NCBI RefSeq assembly: GCF_009914755.1
Contig: NC_060947.1
DNA: 64,000 nucleotides
Strand: one strand, 5' to 3'
Source: the human T2T-CHM13v2.0 reference genome, Homo sapiens
The translations under genes and the position numbers were made by a program. The notes below the pieces were generated by a model. The model was given only the letters and a program-made list of their open reading frames with translations. It had not been told where the DNA came from and ran no database searches. This document shows, one piece after another, positions 25,597-41,986 of the stretch (positions within the stretch are counted from its first letter, which is position 1; each line of letters begins with the position of its first letter).

Positions 25597-25850
25597 CAGT
25601 GAAGCCAGAATGATTACACACATACACACACACACACACACACAAACACACACGCACGTCTGCTTATGAGAACTAATGACTAATGGTGCACATTTTTCCA
25701 ACTCTACCTTTAGTGACATTACATGGGTAGCTGTAGATTAACCATGGTGAAAGTATTTACACCATGGAAATAAGCAAATGATACAACTCTTCTTGTTTTT
25801 TTAATTCTTATTCTTTATTTTCCAGAGACATGGTTTACAGTACAACACTG
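25597..25850. mobile_element. MER63-like hAT-Blackjack element with a (CA)n run at about 25616-25655
   Basis: ttccaactctacctttagtgacattacatgggtagc...ccatggtgaaagtatttacaccatggaaataagcaaatg...ggtttacagtacaacactg. Left edge uncertain. Confidence 0.7.
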
Positions 25851-25939
25851 CTATAGATTGGGTTTGGATTAGGGAGTACTAATTTGTGGCACCTGCTATA
25901 ATCTATGAGATCAACATGTTCCCAATTTATCAGTGATGA

Positions 25940-26280
25940 TGTGTTGGTAAGAAACATTTCGATTACAAGTAACAAAATCTAACTCATATTGTTATAAATA
26001 AAGCAAGACATTCATCAAGAGAATACTGATATAGCTCACAGAATCGAGGGAATTTAGGTAGCAGGTTATGTTGGTAAAGTGTGGTATGACCTCAATCTGC
26101 TCTAGGATCACATCATTCCTACATTAATGGTCTCAGAGAGTAAAGAGGAACGAGAACCTTTTTCTCAGATTTGTATTATATAAATCATAAGCTAAGAATC
26201 TGATTGGTCCATGTTCAGTTCCATCACAGCCCTTTAGATTAACCAATAAAACAAGAAAATGAAGCTTTGTGATCAGGTAG
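25940..26280 (-). mobile_element. Ancient MLT1 (K-N type) LTR remnant
   Basis: gattacaagtaacaaaatctaactca...agctcacagaatc...gaatctgattggtcc; heavily diverged. Confidence 0.4.
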
Positions 26281-26638
26281 ATAGGAAACTATGGTAAGAA
26301 AGATCCGGATTACATGGAAACTAAGCAATGGACTATTATTAGCAATCTTATTAGAATACGGTTGGAGTGATCAAAGGTCATTTTTGTAACTAAAAAAACA
26401 GTTTCTTCTACAAAAAAAATGTGGAAGAGGAAAGTAGATGATAAACAGGAACAACAGGACAAGGCAAAAATATTTTACAAATAGGCATTCTTTTCAGGAA
26501 GAAAATTGTATAAGTAATCCAATCACACCTATCATATTTTTTACTACTCACGGTATATAGGTGGCAGCACGGAGGAAGTGAACCAGAGAAAGATTTTACT
26601 CTATAACTATGTTACACACAAAAATGTTTTTTTTTCTT

Positions 26639-26678
26639 TGTATTAGTCAGGGCTCTCCAGAGAAATAGAACTGTTAGA

Positions 26679-26722
<44 letters not shown>

Positions 26723-27203
26723 TGTGTGTGTGTGTGTGTGCATGTGTATGGAGAGAGAGAAGGAGACAGATTTATTATAAGGAATTGTCTCACATGGTTA
26801 GGGGCACTGAGAAGTCCCAAGATCTGCAGTTGGCCAGCTGGAGACCCAGGAGAGCTGATGGTGTAAGTTCCAATCTGAAAACTAGCAGGTTCAAGATCAA
26901 AGAAGAGCTGATGTATCAGTTTGAGTCTACAGACAGAAACAAAAGACCTATTTCCCAGCTCAAATGGTAAGGCAGGAGGAATTGTCCTTTAATCTTGGAG
27001 AATCAGCCTTTTAGCTCTATTCATGACTTCAACTGATTAGATAAGGGCCACTCATAGTAGAGTTGGCAATCTGTTTCACTCAATCTACCAACTCAGAGGT
27101 CATCTTATTCAAAAACATACTCAAAGACACCCAGAATAATGTTTCATCGATTATCAGGGTACCCCATGAGTAGTCAAGTTGACATATAAAATTAGCCATC
27201 ACA
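26639..27203 (-). mobile_element. MLT2B (ERVL) solo LTR with internal (GT)n at 26680-26740
   Basis: tgtattagtcagggctctccagagaaatagaac...ggagacccaggagagctgatggtg...tcaagttgacatataaaattagccatcaca. Confidence 0.92.
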
Positions 27204-28901
27204 ATCCTTTTGCTAGCCATATGCCCCCCGCCCCATGTGTTTTGGCCAAAGGCAATGTCTGTATATCTACCAGGGAAAGATTACTTAAATTCTGACTGCA
27301 ATAAATGTGTGTTTTTAAGAATTGGGGTTCTGTTGCTTAAAATTTAAAAGTTTGCATGAAACATATATACTGAAGTTTATCTCTTTGGTTTGGAAAATCA
27401 CCTTGGCTCACTAGCAAAACTAACAATGGAGTTTATTGCAAAAAAAGTACACCAGGCAACATAATTTCACCAAGTGCTATAAAATTATAAAACCTGAAAT
27501 ACAAAGCAAAATATATCTCAATTAAAATGATTTCTTCTATGAAAAATACATAATAAATATAAAAGTTTGTAAATGTCAACAAAAGAGATTTCCATTTTGA
27601 TTAATCTCTCTTCTGATCAGTACATCCCACGTCATTCAGTAAATAAGGATTAGAAACAAAAAAAAATGAAAGCCGGTGAAGTTAGCAGGGCCGATATTCA
27701 GTTAATTATTTCTTCTCCCATTTTAAAATAAATTTAACAAGAGAGGTCAATTATATAAGTAAATATAATATGTATATATATATATTTTTTTCACCATAAA
27801 ATACATTATAATTACAGGACCAAAATATTGCTAAATCTATGTGTTACATTTTGCTTGTGTGCACATAAGCAATGTGAAATGAAGGGTTGAACAATCCAAA
27901 ATTGGTTCAGGCTGTGTAGATGAACAATGTTTAAGAGTAAGGCACTCACATGTTATTTTCTTTCATAGAAAGTTTTGTTTGTTTGGCCCAAACTACCTTA
28001 TAGTATTACTTCAATTATCTGATTTTCTTTGACTGTGAAGGCATAGCTTTAATGTATTTTATACCAGATCACATCTATGGTTTTTAAAGACTCACTATCA
28101 GGTTTAATATGCTTAGTTTACTATGCTTAGATTCTGCAAATTTTATTTGCCGTAAATAGCAACTTTTACATCTCTCCTATATCAGCCATGCATCAGGATA
28201 AACAACATGGCATAAAAAAGCAGAAGGCATAGTTAAGATGGAATCATTATGCAAATAGGTTATGGCATGCTTTATATGAGAACAGCTTCCCTAAAGAGAC
28301 CTAATGGGATGACTGACCTATAAAGCATTTAATTTGTTGTTAGCATTTCATTTAATTGTCTTGTAGTTCCTGCAGGAATAAAACTTTTAATTGTAAAAAA
28401 CTTCTAAATGACTCAATGGTTAATTTCTTTTCCTGTAACTAACAGGTTCCCACACTGTAGAACACAAAATTATATACTATCAATCATTTCATAGATGCTT
28501 CTCTGATATGGTTTTTGATCTCTGAGATAGTAAATGGATGTAGACTGGTTATATAGATCATTTCTCAACTCATAAGAACTAGCTTTAGGAAATTATTGCC
28601 TTATGAATATGCACACAATTCTAGCCTATGTTCACAAAACCGAGAATAAGAATGTAAAGAGGATATTAGCGTTCATTAAAATACAATATTTTTTACTTTA
28701 TTATAGAAAACTGTCCATAGTAGGAAATCCATATTCTGACATTTGATGATTAATAAGATGATATTTCACAAGCTAATAATGTTAAGATATGTTTGACTGT
28801 CAATAAAAGTTATTTTAAAGGTATGAAACTTACCTCCACACACTTTATCTATACACATTTGATTATTTAAATTGTCCTAAAAACTATTTCAGCATGTGAC
28901 T

Positions 28902-29070
28902 CAGTGGTTCTCAAATTTACCTGCACCCTGGAGTCACACAAGTAGCTTCAAAAAATACTTATATGTGTGTGACACCTCAAAAGAGGAAGGTCTGGAATGT
29001 GGCCTGGACTTTGGAATTTTTGAAAGATGTACAACTAGTTTAAATGTGCAGACACATTTAGGAAAATCTA
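28902..29070. mobile_element. MER5A-family MITE
   Basis: cagtggttctcaaa...aggtctggaatgtggcctggac...taaatgtgcag. Confidence 0.75.
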
Positions 29071-29893
29071 ATGTAAACAGAAGTAATTACTCAAAGCCAT
29101 ATTCATTGTTACAGTTTCAAAATTGGAGAAATAAGCAGTAATGATATACTTGCCAATTGATTAAGAGCACCTATTAGGTATAGCTACTATTTTTAGATGT
29201 CAATGGGAAACACATACATGTACATACACACACAATTTCTGAATAACCTTTTGTAAACAGAGAAATAACCTCCTTAATTTATTTTACCATATGTATATAG
29301 TGGGCTACTGTATTCAATGACACAAATAAATTCAAGAATAATTTGCTGTTTCCAAAGCTACATGAGGCTCATTCTATTCTAGAATAAAAATATGTTATTT
29401 AAAAAATAGTCACATTAAGAAGTGGTGGTTTATAAGAAAGAATAATTAAAAATTATAAAACACAAACTAAAAGGATGAATGTTTTTTGTTGTTCATAGTG
29501 GCGTCAGATGTTGACATATGCCAATAGTTCATGTGCCTTCGTGGATGCTGAACAAGCACCCAAACCTGGACAGTTTTGGAAGATGGTAGTAACAAACCAT
29601 AAGATTTTTAGTATATTAGTAATAAATTTCTAACTACCTCTCTGCAAATGTACTTCAAACCTTTGACTGACTTCGGTGAGCGTTAAATATGGTAGATATA
29701 GTGGTAAGTTGCTAACATGAGCTATAGGGTAATCATATAAAATATTTTATTAGAAAAAGCCTAGAAACCATCAACGTGTCAAGACATACAAGGGCTAATA
29801 ATCACATATGGAAATTATAAATTAATTCAGCTTAGGCAAGAAAATCCCTCAGAGGCCTAGCTATCTGGAATATTATTAGTTCCTGGGCACATT

Positions 29894-29996
29894 TAAGGTG
29901 AACAACTGCAATGGTTTGCCTGGGACTGGCGTTTACTAAGATAATTTTCAGTGTTAAATCTGGAACTGTTTTGGGCAAAGAGAAACAGTCAACCTA
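29894..29996. mobile_element. MER81-like hAT-Blackjack MITE
   Basis: taaggtgaacaac...ggtttgcctgggactg...tttcagtgttaaa...tgggcaaa...gtcaaccta, with degenerate TIRs. Confidence 0.7.
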
Positions 29997-30053
29997 AAAC
30001 ATTTCATCTTCCGACATTTTTCCAAAAACTTAATTACTATTTCAAAGTACGTA

Positions 30054-30177
30054 TTTTTTAAATAATTTTTAAAATTGTAAAATAGTTTAGATCCACAGAG
30101 AAAATGCAAGGATAGTACAGAGAAAGAAAATATCCCTTATATCTGACATTCAGTTTTCCATATTACTAGCATTTTAC
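30054..30177 (-). mobile_element. L1MC-type 3' end fragment
   Basis: aatagtttagatccacagagaaaatgcaaggatagtacagaga...cagttttccatattactagcattttac. Confidence 0.65.
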
Positions 30178-30915
30178 CTGGGGAACCAGAAGCAGGGTAG
30201 GACAACTCTAAACTGTGATTTTATAATTGGCAAATTGTTAGAGGCTAATTGTGGAAAAGTCTGATAATCAGAAAACCCAGGAGGACCACTTGTAAGGGGA
30301 AGAGAGAGAACATCATACTTAGAAGGTCATACTTTTGTGAGTATTATCTCCTTGAGTCCTACCAGATTCTTAAAGGGATTATTGAAGAAAAATCCCCTCT
30401 TGATTTCAGTAGGAGGCAGGGAAAATAAGCCATTTTGAAATGGACCCAGTGCATTTAATTTATCTTTAAAGGCTTTTTCTGAAAATAAACTATTTTACCA
30501 GACCCTAACCTACTGGGATTTATCAGAGCGTAACCGAACTAGGGAAAGGAAAATACCTAACTCTGACCCACTCTAGCCCTCCACATGGGGGCAGAGAAAA
30601 ACCCACATACGTGTCCCTCTAGCCATCGGTTTCCTTTCCTAAGGATGGGAAGGGGAACCTGAGAAGCACTAGTAAGCGACAAAAATCAGGGACAAAGTCT
30701 CACTAAAAAGCCTACACCTAATCATATGATTTTAGAACACTTTTCTTTCCCACATTCCTTGCTATAACATAACTAAAAGCCTATTTACTGTAGTTTTTTG
30801 TTTGTTCGTTTGTTTGCTTGTTTTTCCCAGTACATCATGTCAGCTGTCAACAATAATCTATAAGGCATATTCAAAGAAACAAATCACAATTTGAAGAGAG
30901 ACCAGACATCACAGC

Positions 30916-31269
30916 TGCATTAGTCCATTCTCACATTGCTATGAAGAAATAGCTCGAGACTGGGTAATTTATAAAGTAAAGAGGTTTAATTGACTCACTG
31001 TTCTGTATGGCTGGGGAGGCCTCAGGAAGCATACAATCATGGCAGAAGGCACCTCTTCACAGGGCAGGAGAGAGAATGAGTGCCGAGTGAAGAGAGCGGC
31101 CCCCTTGAAAACCATCAGATCTCATGAGAACCCACTCACTATCATGAGAACAGCACGGGAAAACTTCCGCCATGATTCAATTCTCTCTACCTGGTCCTGC
31201 CCCTGACATGTAGGAATTATTACAATTCAAGGTGAGATTTATGTGGGGAGACAGAGCCAAATCATATCA
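30916..31269 (-). mobile_element. THE1C/D solo LTR
   Basis: tgcattagtccattctcacattgct...gcacctcttcacagggc...acagagccaaatcatatca. Perfect TSD acagc (30911-30915, 31270-31274). Confidence 0.95.
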
Positions 31270-32880
31270 ACAGCAGACTCAGATATAGCAAGAATGTCAG
31301 AGTTATCATTGGAAATTTAAATTCAATTTAAAATTCAATTTCAATTCCAAACTTAAATTAGGAACCTTCATGTGAAAGGTTCTAATGAAGAAGTAGATAA
31401 GTAAGAACAGATGAGTAACATAAGCATAGAGATGGAAATTCTAAAAAAGAATAAAACACAAATGCCAGAAATTTAAAAAAAAACCCATAACATTAATGTG
31501 TGATTCCTTTGAAAAGCTCATTAGCAGAATTGGCATGGCTGAGAAAAGAATTAGAAAACTTGCTGATATGTCAGTAAAAACTTTCAAAGCTGAAAAGAAA
31601 AGGAAAAAAGACTAACAGAATAACAGAATATCCAGAACTGTGGGACAACTGAAAAAAGTACCATATGGAATAGAAATACCAGAAGAAAAGAGAACAGGAG
31701 AAATATTTGAAGCAATAATAACTGAGAAGTCTCCAAAATTGATGTCAGATATAAAAACACAAATTCAGGAGGCTCAGACAACACTAAGCAATATGAATGA
31801 CAAGAAATCTACACTAAGGTGTATTATACCTAAACTTCAAAAAATAAAAGACAAATATAAAATATTGAAACAAACCAGATTTGGGGGCAATAACTTGCTT
31901 ATAGAGGAACAAGGATAAGAAATTACATCAGAATAAGAAAAGATAAGAATTACATCAGAATTCTCCTTAGCAACCATGTAAAGAAGTAGAGAAGGTAGTG
32001 AAATATTTAAAGTGTTGAGAGAAAAAATCCACCAATCTAGAATACTGTATCCTGAAAAATTATCATTCAACAGTGAAGAAGAAATAAAGATGCTCTCAAA
32101 CAAATAAAAATTGAAGAAATTTGCTGCCATTTGACTTGTATACAAGAAATGTTATAAGAAGTTATTCAGGAGAAAAGAAAATGATATAGATTAGAAACTC
32201 ATCTACATAAAGAAAAAAGACCATTACAGAAGGTAAATGAAGGAATAATAAAACTCTTATTTTTAAATCTAATAGATAATAGTGTGTTTAATAATAGCAA
32301 CAACATTTAATGTTTATAGTTTATGGATAAGTAAAACATATGATGGCAATGCATGATATAAAGAATAAAAGGAAGGAAATACAAAGGTACATCTTACCCA
32401 AAATACTTTGGAAATACTTAGTTATAAGGTCATTGCACTGCCCATAAAGTGGTAGAGTGTTATTTGAAAATGAATTAATTATAATTGTATCTTTCACACT
32501 CTAGATCACTTGCTAGCTAAGTAAAATTGGAAGTATAATTAATATGCTAAGAAAGGAGAGAAAATGGATATATATAAAATGCTCAATTAAAACCAAATAA
32601 AATAAAAATTAAAAAAAAAAGAAACAGCGAAAGACAAAACAAAAACCAAGAGAAAGAACAAGGGCAAAAAATAGAATAATTAACAAATATGGTAGATATT
32701 TATCCAACCATATTAATAAAGTTTTTAAACAATTAAGGCACAGTCATTGCCAAAGTAGACCAAGAAACAGTACCCAACTATATGTTGTCTACAAGAAATT
32801 CACTTTAAGTATAAAGACACATACAGTTTAAATGTATGGAGAAAGAATTATTCTGTTAACACTAATCAAAAGATAGCTGG

Positions 32881-34985
32881 CCCCCTTTCCCACTGCTTTT
32901 GAACACCAGCTGGAAGAAGTGGAAGTAAAAATTTAAAAAAATTACCATTTGCATTCGAATTTCTTAAAATGAAATACTTGGGTAAAATCTAACAAAATAT
33001 GTACAAAATCTGTATGAGGAGAACTAAAAAGTTTAGATGAAATATATTAAAAATAAAATGGAGAGCTATGACATATTCATAAATAAAAAGACTCAACAAT
33101 GCCGAAATGTTCTTATCGATAGATTCTATAGATTCAATGCAATTTGATTTACAGATTCAATACAATCCCAACCAAATGCCAACAAATTATCTTGCGGGTA
33201 TCAGCTAATTGGTATTAACTGGAAAAGACCCAGAATTGTCAAGTCAATAGTGAAGAAGAACAAAATCAGACGACTAACACTACCTGACTTTAAGACATAT
33301 TATAAAGCTACAGTAATCAAGATGGCATGATATGGGTGAAAGAATAGACAAACATACCAATGGAGGAGAGTAGAGAACCCAGAAATAGATCTGCATAAAT
33401 ATATAAATTGATCTTGGACAAAGGAGCAAAAGCAATACAATAGAGAAAATATTTTTAAACAAATTATGTGGAAACAGATTGACATCCATATGCAAAAAAA
33501 TCAATCTAGACACAGTTAACTTCTAAAAAATTAACTCAAAAACGAATCATAGTCTTACATGCAAAGTGCAAAACTATAAAACTCCTAGAACATAACACAC
33601 ACACAAAATCTAGGTGACCCTGGTTATAGCAATGATTTTTTAGATGCAGTTCAAAATGCATGGCCCATGAAAGAAATAGTTGATAAAGTGTGTTTTATTA
33701 AAAGTAAAAACCTCTGCTCTGTGAAAGACAATATCAAGAGGATGAGAAGACAAGATACTAAATAGGAGAAAATATTTCCAAAAGACATAGCTGATAAAAA
33801 ACTGCAAAATATACAAAGAACACTTAAAATTAAATAGTAATAAATTAAAGAACTTGATTAAAAATGGGTTAAAGGCCTGAACAAATACCTCACAAAAACA
33901 GATGAGATGGTAAATAAGCATATGAAATGGTGATCAACATCATACGTCATTAGGCAATTGCAAATTATTACCACAATGAGATACCAGTATAGTTACTACA
34001 ATACCCAAAATTCAAAGTACTAATAACTGCAAATGTTGATGAGGATGTGAATAAAAAGAAACTATCATTTATTACTAGTGTAATACAGTACAACCACCTC
34101 AGAACACATTTTGGTAGTTTCTTACAAAACTGAAGAAACATACTCTTACCACACCATGCAGCACTCTTATTTCCTATTATTTACAAAAATGAATTGAAAT
34201 CTTATGTTCATGAAAAAACATGAGATTTTTTCATGTTTTTATTTATTTATAGATTTAATATTTATTATTAAATAATAATAAATTTATTATTTAATAAATC
34301 TATAATTTTAATAAATACTAATAATAAATAATTTAGTATTTATTTATTTATAGATTTATTCATGCTATAAATATTGCACAACAATATTTATAGCAGCTTC
34401 ACTCATAAGTGTTAACACTTGGAAATGACCAGGATGTCTTTCAATAGGTGACTGGATAAGTAAACTATTATTCAGATAATAAAGTATTATTCAGTGCTAA
34501 AAAGAAATAAGCTATAAAGCCATAAGAAAACATAGAGGAAACTTAAATATATATTACTAAATGAAACAAGCCAATCTGAAAATTCTCCTTACTTTATTTT
34601 TCCCAACTATAGGACATTTATTCTGGAAATGCCAAAACCATGGAGACAGTCAAATTTGCTGGGAAGAAGGAAAGAATAGACAGGGCAGAGAGATTTTTCA
34701 GGACACTGAAAATATGTACGATACAACAGTTCTGAATACATGTCATCATACATTTGTTAAAATTCATAGAATATACAAAACCAAGTGTGAACACTAAAGT
34801 AAACTACAGACTTTGGGAGATAATGATGTGCCAACGTGTATCATGGTAGTATGGGATGTCAGTTGTAGGTGAGGTTGTATGTGTTTTTAGACTAGGAGTA
34901 TATGGAAACATACTATACTTTAACAAAATTTTGCTTTGAACCTAAAACTGCTCTAAAAAATAGTTTATCAGTTAAAAAAAATAAA
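32881..34985 (+). mobile_element. 5'-truncated L1MC1-like element
   Basis: 3' half of ORF2 (tacctgactttaagacatattataaagctacagtaatcaag) and L1MC1 end (gaacctaaaactgctctaaaaaatag) plus A-tail. Confidence 0.85.
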
Positions 34986-35420
34986 GAAATGTGCAGGAGC
35001 TGTGTCCTATAGACAGAGCAGATTTCAGAGCAAGGAAATGTATCAGGGACAAATGGGGGCATTACATAATAATGCAACGGTAAATTCTTCAAAAAGACAT
35101 AACAGGCTTTAATGGAAATCTGCCTAACAACGGGTTGAAATACACAGCACAAAATCAGACAGAAATGCACGGAGAAATAGATGAATCCACTCTTACACTT
35201 AAATACTTCACCGCTTCTCTCAATAATTGACAGATCCAGCAGGCAGAGAATCAGTTAGTAAGAACATATTTAAACTTCAGTAGAACCAACAATCAACCGA
35301 CAATACCTGGCTTTGAGACAAACTATAAAGTATGAGACTATAGTCACATAACCCTGTGACCCGTGGGTATGGAAATATTCATAAATATGATGCCAGGACA
35401 TGCTGGAATCTGGGAAACGT

Positions 35421-38705
<3,285 letters not shown>

Positions 38706-38779
38706 TAAAGACATAAAAAAATTTAAAATTTTTTTATATTGTCTATTTGGAATGACATGGTCATCAAAACCTTACTTCA

Positions 38780-40010
38780 ATAATCACAGTTTTCTTTATT
38801 CATTTGAAAGTATTTATAATGACAACCTATAAGGCTTCTTTAATCTGACATTTGCTTCTAATTACAGGAAGTTTCTCCTATTTACTCTCCTCCATTTGAA
38901 ATGAGTCACACTTTTCTTTTTCTTGCATGGCTTGTAATTTTTTATTGTTGTTGGAAACTGGACACTTTGGAGAATGTATTGTAGCAATTTTGGGTACCAG
39001 TCCCTACCACAGCAGGGCTTGTTTTTGTTATTTGCTTCTTAATTTGTTTAGTGATACTCTGGATTATTTTAGTAAAGTCTGAGGAGTCCAGTTGCTGGTT
39101 AAAACCTATGTGTAATTTTCTGAGCCCTATGAAAGGCAATCATGAATTGTTTAACTGGGAAGCCTCACTGGAGAAAGGTGCCTTCCATGTCATACCAAAC
39201 AGTGCACAGCCAGCGCATTGCAGTCTCTGAAGGACGTATACTCAACTCAAACCCTTCTGGGCAGCGTTGCTTCTACACATATTTGCATGCTAGCTCAAGC
39301 CCATTTATCCAGGAGTTTCTTTATCTGGAGCCTACTGCTAAGGTTTTCAGATGTGTCAACCAAGGCCTCCATATTAGAGGCAGGGAGGAAAGACAGAAAC
39401 CTTAAAGATACTTTTCTCTAATCTGACTCAGTGGTCATTAATTTCCACTCCAATCATCCCCGTTTCTGGCACAGAATCCATAAAAATGCAAGATCCTTTT
39501 ATTTTCAACTTCCTTAACAGTGAAATGACTGGTCCCTGAACTAGCTTGCCATTCTATGTGAAAAAACTGAACGAAGGGGAAGTCAGCATATTTTCTACTT
39601 TTAGCCTCCTACTTATCATACAGTAAGTGATTAAAGGCTTAATTATTAGTTTCATTTTTGGTTTATTTTAATCTGCTACTTGGACACCTGGCAACTCAAC
39701 AGTCTCACTCTCTCCTGGCTCAGCTGAGCTCTTGACATACCCTCTTTATCAACCCACCCACCAAAACTATAGTGTTGTGTCTGATGTTACTCCTCAGGGT
39801 CACAGCCTTGTGTAGGCCCATATTCTGTCTGGGAAAATAGTGATTTCAGCTGGGCTCTTTAACTGTTTCTTTCTTAGATCACACCCAGCTGCTTAGCTCC
39901 CCAAAATACTGGCTGATTGGTCTGTGTTATTCAATAATATTCTAGGGCATAAATTGCTCCTCAGACTAAAAAAACCTAATTCACACTACTTTGAAGAAGT
40001 TTCAAATACA
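38780..40010 (-). mobile_element. Old L1M4/ME 5' region, interrupted by an LTR-like element
   Basis: gagtcacacttttctttttcttgcatggcttgtaattttt...gaaactggacactttg and ctagggcataaattgctcc. Confidence 0.6.
39080..39737 (+). mobile_element. Probable ERV solo LTR, family not identified
   Basis: About 660 bp GC-richer block bounded by TG...CA that splits an old L1; ATTAAA about 105 bp before the end; terminates cagctgagctcttgaca. Confidence 0.5.
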
Positions 40011-40165
40011 CTGTTTTCCTCTAAGTAATGAGTCTTAATTAATATTAATCTAAATTAATAATGTGTTGATATAATATCTCCTCAACCCATGCTTGTATTT
40101 TACCAATGATTTTCTGAAGTTACCTTGTTTATTCAAGATTCTTATATGTTCTGATCTATTTCTAG

Positions 40166-40491
40166 GGTTCCAGGGACACTTCCTTTTAGCTCACATCTTA
40201 AAAGCTCGCGTCCAAATTTGGGTCCTGACTGCTGATCAGCATTGATTACTATTGATTTTAATTTTCTTCTCTGGTTGTTTTGCATTATAAAAGAAGAGCT
40301 ATGTATATTATGGATGGTAATCTTGAGTAAAGTCTGTTTTCCCAAATGATGTTTCTCATTATATTGTATTAAAAATCCTCATGGCGGCCATTTAGATGGA
40401 AATATAAATACATAATTTCGCTATTCTTTAATAATAGTTAAATACCCTAATTTGTCATTTGAATTTTTCATGAATGTAAGAATGTAATAAA
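40166..40491 (+). other. Candidate terminal exon (unverified)
   Basis: Acceptor-like gttctgatctatttctag|G; frame (G)VPGTLPFSSHLKSSRPNLGPDC* with stop at 40233-40235; retained CpGs; AATAAA at 40486-40491; non-repeat context. Confidence 0.2.
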
Positions 40492-41986
40492 GATTCCATA
40501 TAGAGTATCTCATATATCTTACTTATGTTGTTTTGTAACTGTTTATTTCCTCTTCAAGGATTTTCCATTGTTTATCTGTTAATTATTCTGTCCTTTTTAA
40601 TGTATACTTATTTTCACATTTTGTAAACAATTTGTGCTTTTCATGCCACAGTAATAATATATGTAATTATATTCTAACTTCTTAAGAATGTAGAACTTAA
40701 ATCATGATAATCAGGAAACAATTTCACTAATTTTAACATGTGAAGAAGTAATACTGTAAGTTAAATGTCCTATTTTTTATTCCCAGATGCTAACAGATAT
40801 TAGCAATCATGGAATAAAAGAGTTATTTTTAAAAGAATGTTCCTTTTTGAGAAGACATATTGATAGAACAAAGACTAGAAAGATCATTATGGTTAATTTA
40901 AAAACATTTAATAAAAAAATAAAAGCACCTGCTAAAATACTACTTTTCCAAATATGAACATTTTGGGACAAAAGGTGAAATAAAGTTCATAGTTTGCCAG
41001 TTTTGTCTCTGGAAGTGCTAAAGTTCAATAAAATATCTGAACTCTTTTATAATTTTCAAAGTATTTTTATACCCTTTATTTAATTTGATTATTACAAACC
41101 TGGGATGATGATCATTATCTACAAGGTACAAATTTTTAAAAAATAATAAAAAAAAAACTTTATAAAATTTCTACCTAGAGTAGAATCCAGCCTTCTCATG
41201 GTTTGTCTCATGATCCTTCTGGCATCCATGTTTAAATGTTTCCCAAATTATTTCATAATTGAGAAAATACGTCTTTAGTTTTCTTCAGGTGTGCCACTTT
41301 TGCAGATAGCACACTATAAAGTATATATCCTTATGTTTACATAAGTATATATAAAAATATATAGAAATTATAAAATATGTATCAAATAAAATAGTTTCTG
41401 CATGTTCAGTTTACAATTTATTGAGCATAGAATGGACATGCAGAAGACCTAAACATCATTATGAATGAAATATCATATTTACCTTTTCCGTGTATCTTAA
41501 CAGCTTCTATTTTCTATGTATTTATTTACCTTTATGTTTATATTTATGTCTATGAGGTATATATAAGATGCATATAAATAAATTAATACTACTTGTTCTT
41601 TAAAAATGTATACACCCTTTTCTTTCCATTATGCACACATGCACACATGTACACACATACATATATATTCAATCAATAGAATGAGAGTAATATTTAGGAC
41701 GATAACTTTTTACTCAGTAATACTCTATTGTCTACTGAAAGCATCAATCATGTTCAAAGATAATGAAACTATTTTCATAGATGCAATGAATTAGTAAAGC
41801 AGCCATCCACTAACACATTGCTTAAGTAATCCAAACAGACAGTGAATTAAAATTAAAAACAGAAAAAATTATGCTATTAAGAAATGTAGATAACAGAAAG
41901 TAAATAATAGGAATTCATGCAAATGTTAATACACACAGAAAACATAAGGCAAATATAAAATCTACATTTGAAATCCGTTGAAGTAG

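Larger units (their letters stand above)
30180..35400 (+). mobile_element. L1MD/MC-type element (5' region, ORF1, endonuclease start), interrupted by THE1 and L1MC1
   Basis: ORF1-like peptide at 31640..31918 (EIFEAIITEKSPKLMSDIKTQIQEAQ). The EN region breaks after actaatcaaaagatagctgg (32880) and resumes at agacagagcagatttcagagc (about 35010). Confidence 0.8.

Noticed and set aside
26681-26970. Cys/Val-repeat ORFs
   Set aside because: Translation of the (GT)n tract within MLT2B.
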